Under the pieces are notes generated by a model. That model was given only the letters and a program-made list of their open reading frames with translations, had not been told where the DNA came from and did not search any database. From the NCBI RefSeq assembly GCF_030028105.1, contig NC_092382.1, forward strand, positions 99,588,699 through 99,652,698: 64,000 bases of DNA, in the 5' to 3' direction. The stretch is from Mobula birostris. Lineage: Eukaryota. Position numbers and translations under genes: made by a program. Below are positions 61,669 through 64,000 of this stretch, piece after piece (within the stretch, counting starts at the first letter, position 1; each line of letters begins with the position of its first letter).

Positions 61669-62989
61669 CAGGATTGTGTTTGACTGTTCCTTTCTGTCAC
61701 GAACCAGCAACCTTCAGCTGGTTATTTTAAGATGCCGCAGCTGCCTCAGATATCACAAAGACAAGAATTGCATTAAGACGTGTAACTGCTCGATGTGGAA
61801 AATGCACTGCAATTGAAGGCAATAAAAAACCGCAGAGAGACGTGCACCTGTCTCAGCATATCGTGCATACCTGCTACGCGCCTATCCATCTCGATAGCTC
61901 AGTAGGGCAACGAGCATAACCAAAGATCCCATCCACCACTCGAGCAGCTTTTCACCCGCTGTTACAGGACTCTGTTCAAATAGGACTGAAAGTGGAACCA
62001 TCTACCGCCTGTTCCCAAGGGTTCACGGGACCCCGATCGGGAATCCATTCAGTTGTGACACCTTGCCTAAGGGTGACCTGCATGCTAGCGGAGTGAAGTA
62101 GCGCCTTGGACCTCCGTCGGTAGAGACCAGTCTCCGCTCGTCACCAACATTACCCCAGTATAATGTGAAAGTTAAAACGTCGTTAAAGAAGAAGCCGCCG
62201 GATGACAATATCAGATCTGTTGCTGCACTGAGATAAGTATCTACAAGTGTGGAGTTAAGTTTTCTCGGGTCATGTACTCTGTTAAAAATGAATAATCTAT
62301 GGTAGTTGTCTTTAAGCTTTATAGATGAACGCAGGAACAGACAGATGACATCCAACATAGCCGTATGTCAATGGGAGAAGAATTACAGTCGGCCGTAGTT
62401 AGGTGGAATTGTGGAGATAATGTGAACCACTTTCAATCCTAAACGGACCTCGCATGACTTAGGGCAGTTCGCACTTACGATTGCAAGGGCCCATGACTTT
62501 ATCATACGGTTCTCTGGACCATGAACAGAATGCATGCAGATTGATGGCTGTGTGTGAACCTGTCCTTCTTTCTCTATATTCAGATTTCGCCAGTGATTCC
62601 GAGTCTGCTGCAGGGGGCGCTGTTGGACCATGAGGCACCAAATGTGCCGATCCGTCTGCCAGCAGAACAGCTGCATTTTGACAGGACTCTGAGCTGTAGG
62701 GTCGCTAACCCTTTCCTGTCACCAGACTCGAGGCTGTCATTCACAAGATTTCTTGTGGTGCCAGCTGTTCCGCCCTGACTGCAATTCAACCATTGGTCTT
62801 TTGCCTAGGACGACGTGGAATTCATCGCTCAAACTCCACGATCCTATACCGTGAAAATGACTCGGCAATTCCTTCCACTGCTACCTCGAAACCTATTTCT
62901 ATTTCAAAAATTATGTCAACGTGTAAAGAATAATTCAAGTAGATAGAGAGTGATAGATAGCCAACAAAATGGGGAGATAGACAGACAGT

Positions 62990-64000
62990 GAGCCAGACAG
63001 TTCCCCCTCGTATTACCCCTAAACCTTTGCCCCCTAGCACTCAACTAATGTCCTCTTGTGTGAATCTCCCCTACTTGAATGGATAAAGCCTATCCACGTC
63101 AACTTTATTTACCCCCCCATAAATTCAAGTACTTATATCAAGTCCCCCCACCCCACCCCAACCTTCTACGCTCCAAAGAATAAAGACCTAACTTGTTCAA
63201 CCATTCTCTGTAACTTAGGAGATGAAACCCAGGTAACATTCTAGTAAATCTTCTCTGTACTCTCTCTATTTTGTTGACATCTTTCCTATAATTCGGTGAA
63301 TAGAACTGTACACAATACTCCAAATTTGGACGTACTAATGCCTTGCACAATTTTGACCTTACATCCCAACTCCTGTACACAATACTCTGATTTATAAAGA
63401 CCAGCATACCAAAAGCTTTCTTGACCACCCTATCTATATGAGACTCATCTTCAGGGAACTATGGCCCATTATTCGTAGATCGCTCTGTTCTACTGCATTC
63501 TTCAATGCCCTACCATCTACCATATATGTCCTATTTTGATTAGTCCTACCAAGATGTAGCACATCACACTTATCAGCATTAAACTCCATTTGCCATCTTT
63601 CTGCCCACTCTTCTAACTGACCTGAATCTCTCTGCAAGCTTTGAAAGCCGACTTCATTATCCAGAACGCCACCTATCTTAGTATCATCTGCATACTAACT
63701 AATTCAATTTACCATTCCATCATCCAGATCATTAATGTATATGACAAATAACATTGGACCCAGTACATATCCCTGAGGCACAGCACTAGTTACTGGCCTC
63801 CAACCTGAAAACAGTTATCCACCACTACACTCTGGCGTTTCCCATCCAGCCACTGGTGAATCCATTTTACTACTTCAATATTAATACCTATCAATTGAAC
63901 CTTCCTAATTAACCTTCCGTGTGGAACCTTGTCAAAGGCGTTACTGAAGTCCATATAGACAACATCCATCTCTCGTTAACTGTCCTAGTAACCTTTTCAA
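62990..64000 (-). mobile_element. CR1 LINE 3' portion running off the window
   Basis: ORFs 63138-63428 (RPNLEYCVQFYSPNYRKD) and 63434-63637 (WQMEFNADKC). Same family as 343-1600. Confidence 0.9.

Noticed and set aside
1-64000. D, J or C segments
   Set aside because: No 12-RSS followed by an FGxG exon and no C1-set exon seen. Checked CACTGTG/CACAGTG sites lack a matching nonamer.

Overview
Vertebrate genomic DNA, most likely a cartilaginous fish, probably a ray. That assignment is inferred from the CR1, HE1-type SINE and Penelope repeat complement and the GPR139-like receptor family. Bases 1-17.2 kb are nested retroelements and a Tc1 transposon, including an L1 flanked by an unusual ~383-bp direct duplication. 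A two-exon GPR139/GPR142-like class A GPCR lies at 17.5-20.9 kb. From 23 to 62 kb is the V-segment portion of a T-cell receptor locus with at least 11 V segments or remnants; the RSSs that can be parsed have 23-bp spacers. Most are V-beta-like (CAWS family, and a CACS/CASS family in a six-unit tandem array). Four look intact: 34.6-35.1 kb (+), 45.7-46.4 kb (-), 54.3-55.3 kb (+) and 58.1-59.0 kb (+). The 34.6-kb gene is not V-beta-like. It aligns by eye with human TRDV2-type V-delta domains and carries an extra Cys pair across CDR2, and two decayed relatives lie nearby. CTCF-like motifs sit 39 bp behind the RSS of several V genes, CTCF polarity flips at about 34-40 kb, and V promoters share ETS plus CRE motifs. 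No D, J or C segments were found. All assignments are by manual inspection, with no database searches. Repeat boundaries are approximate.
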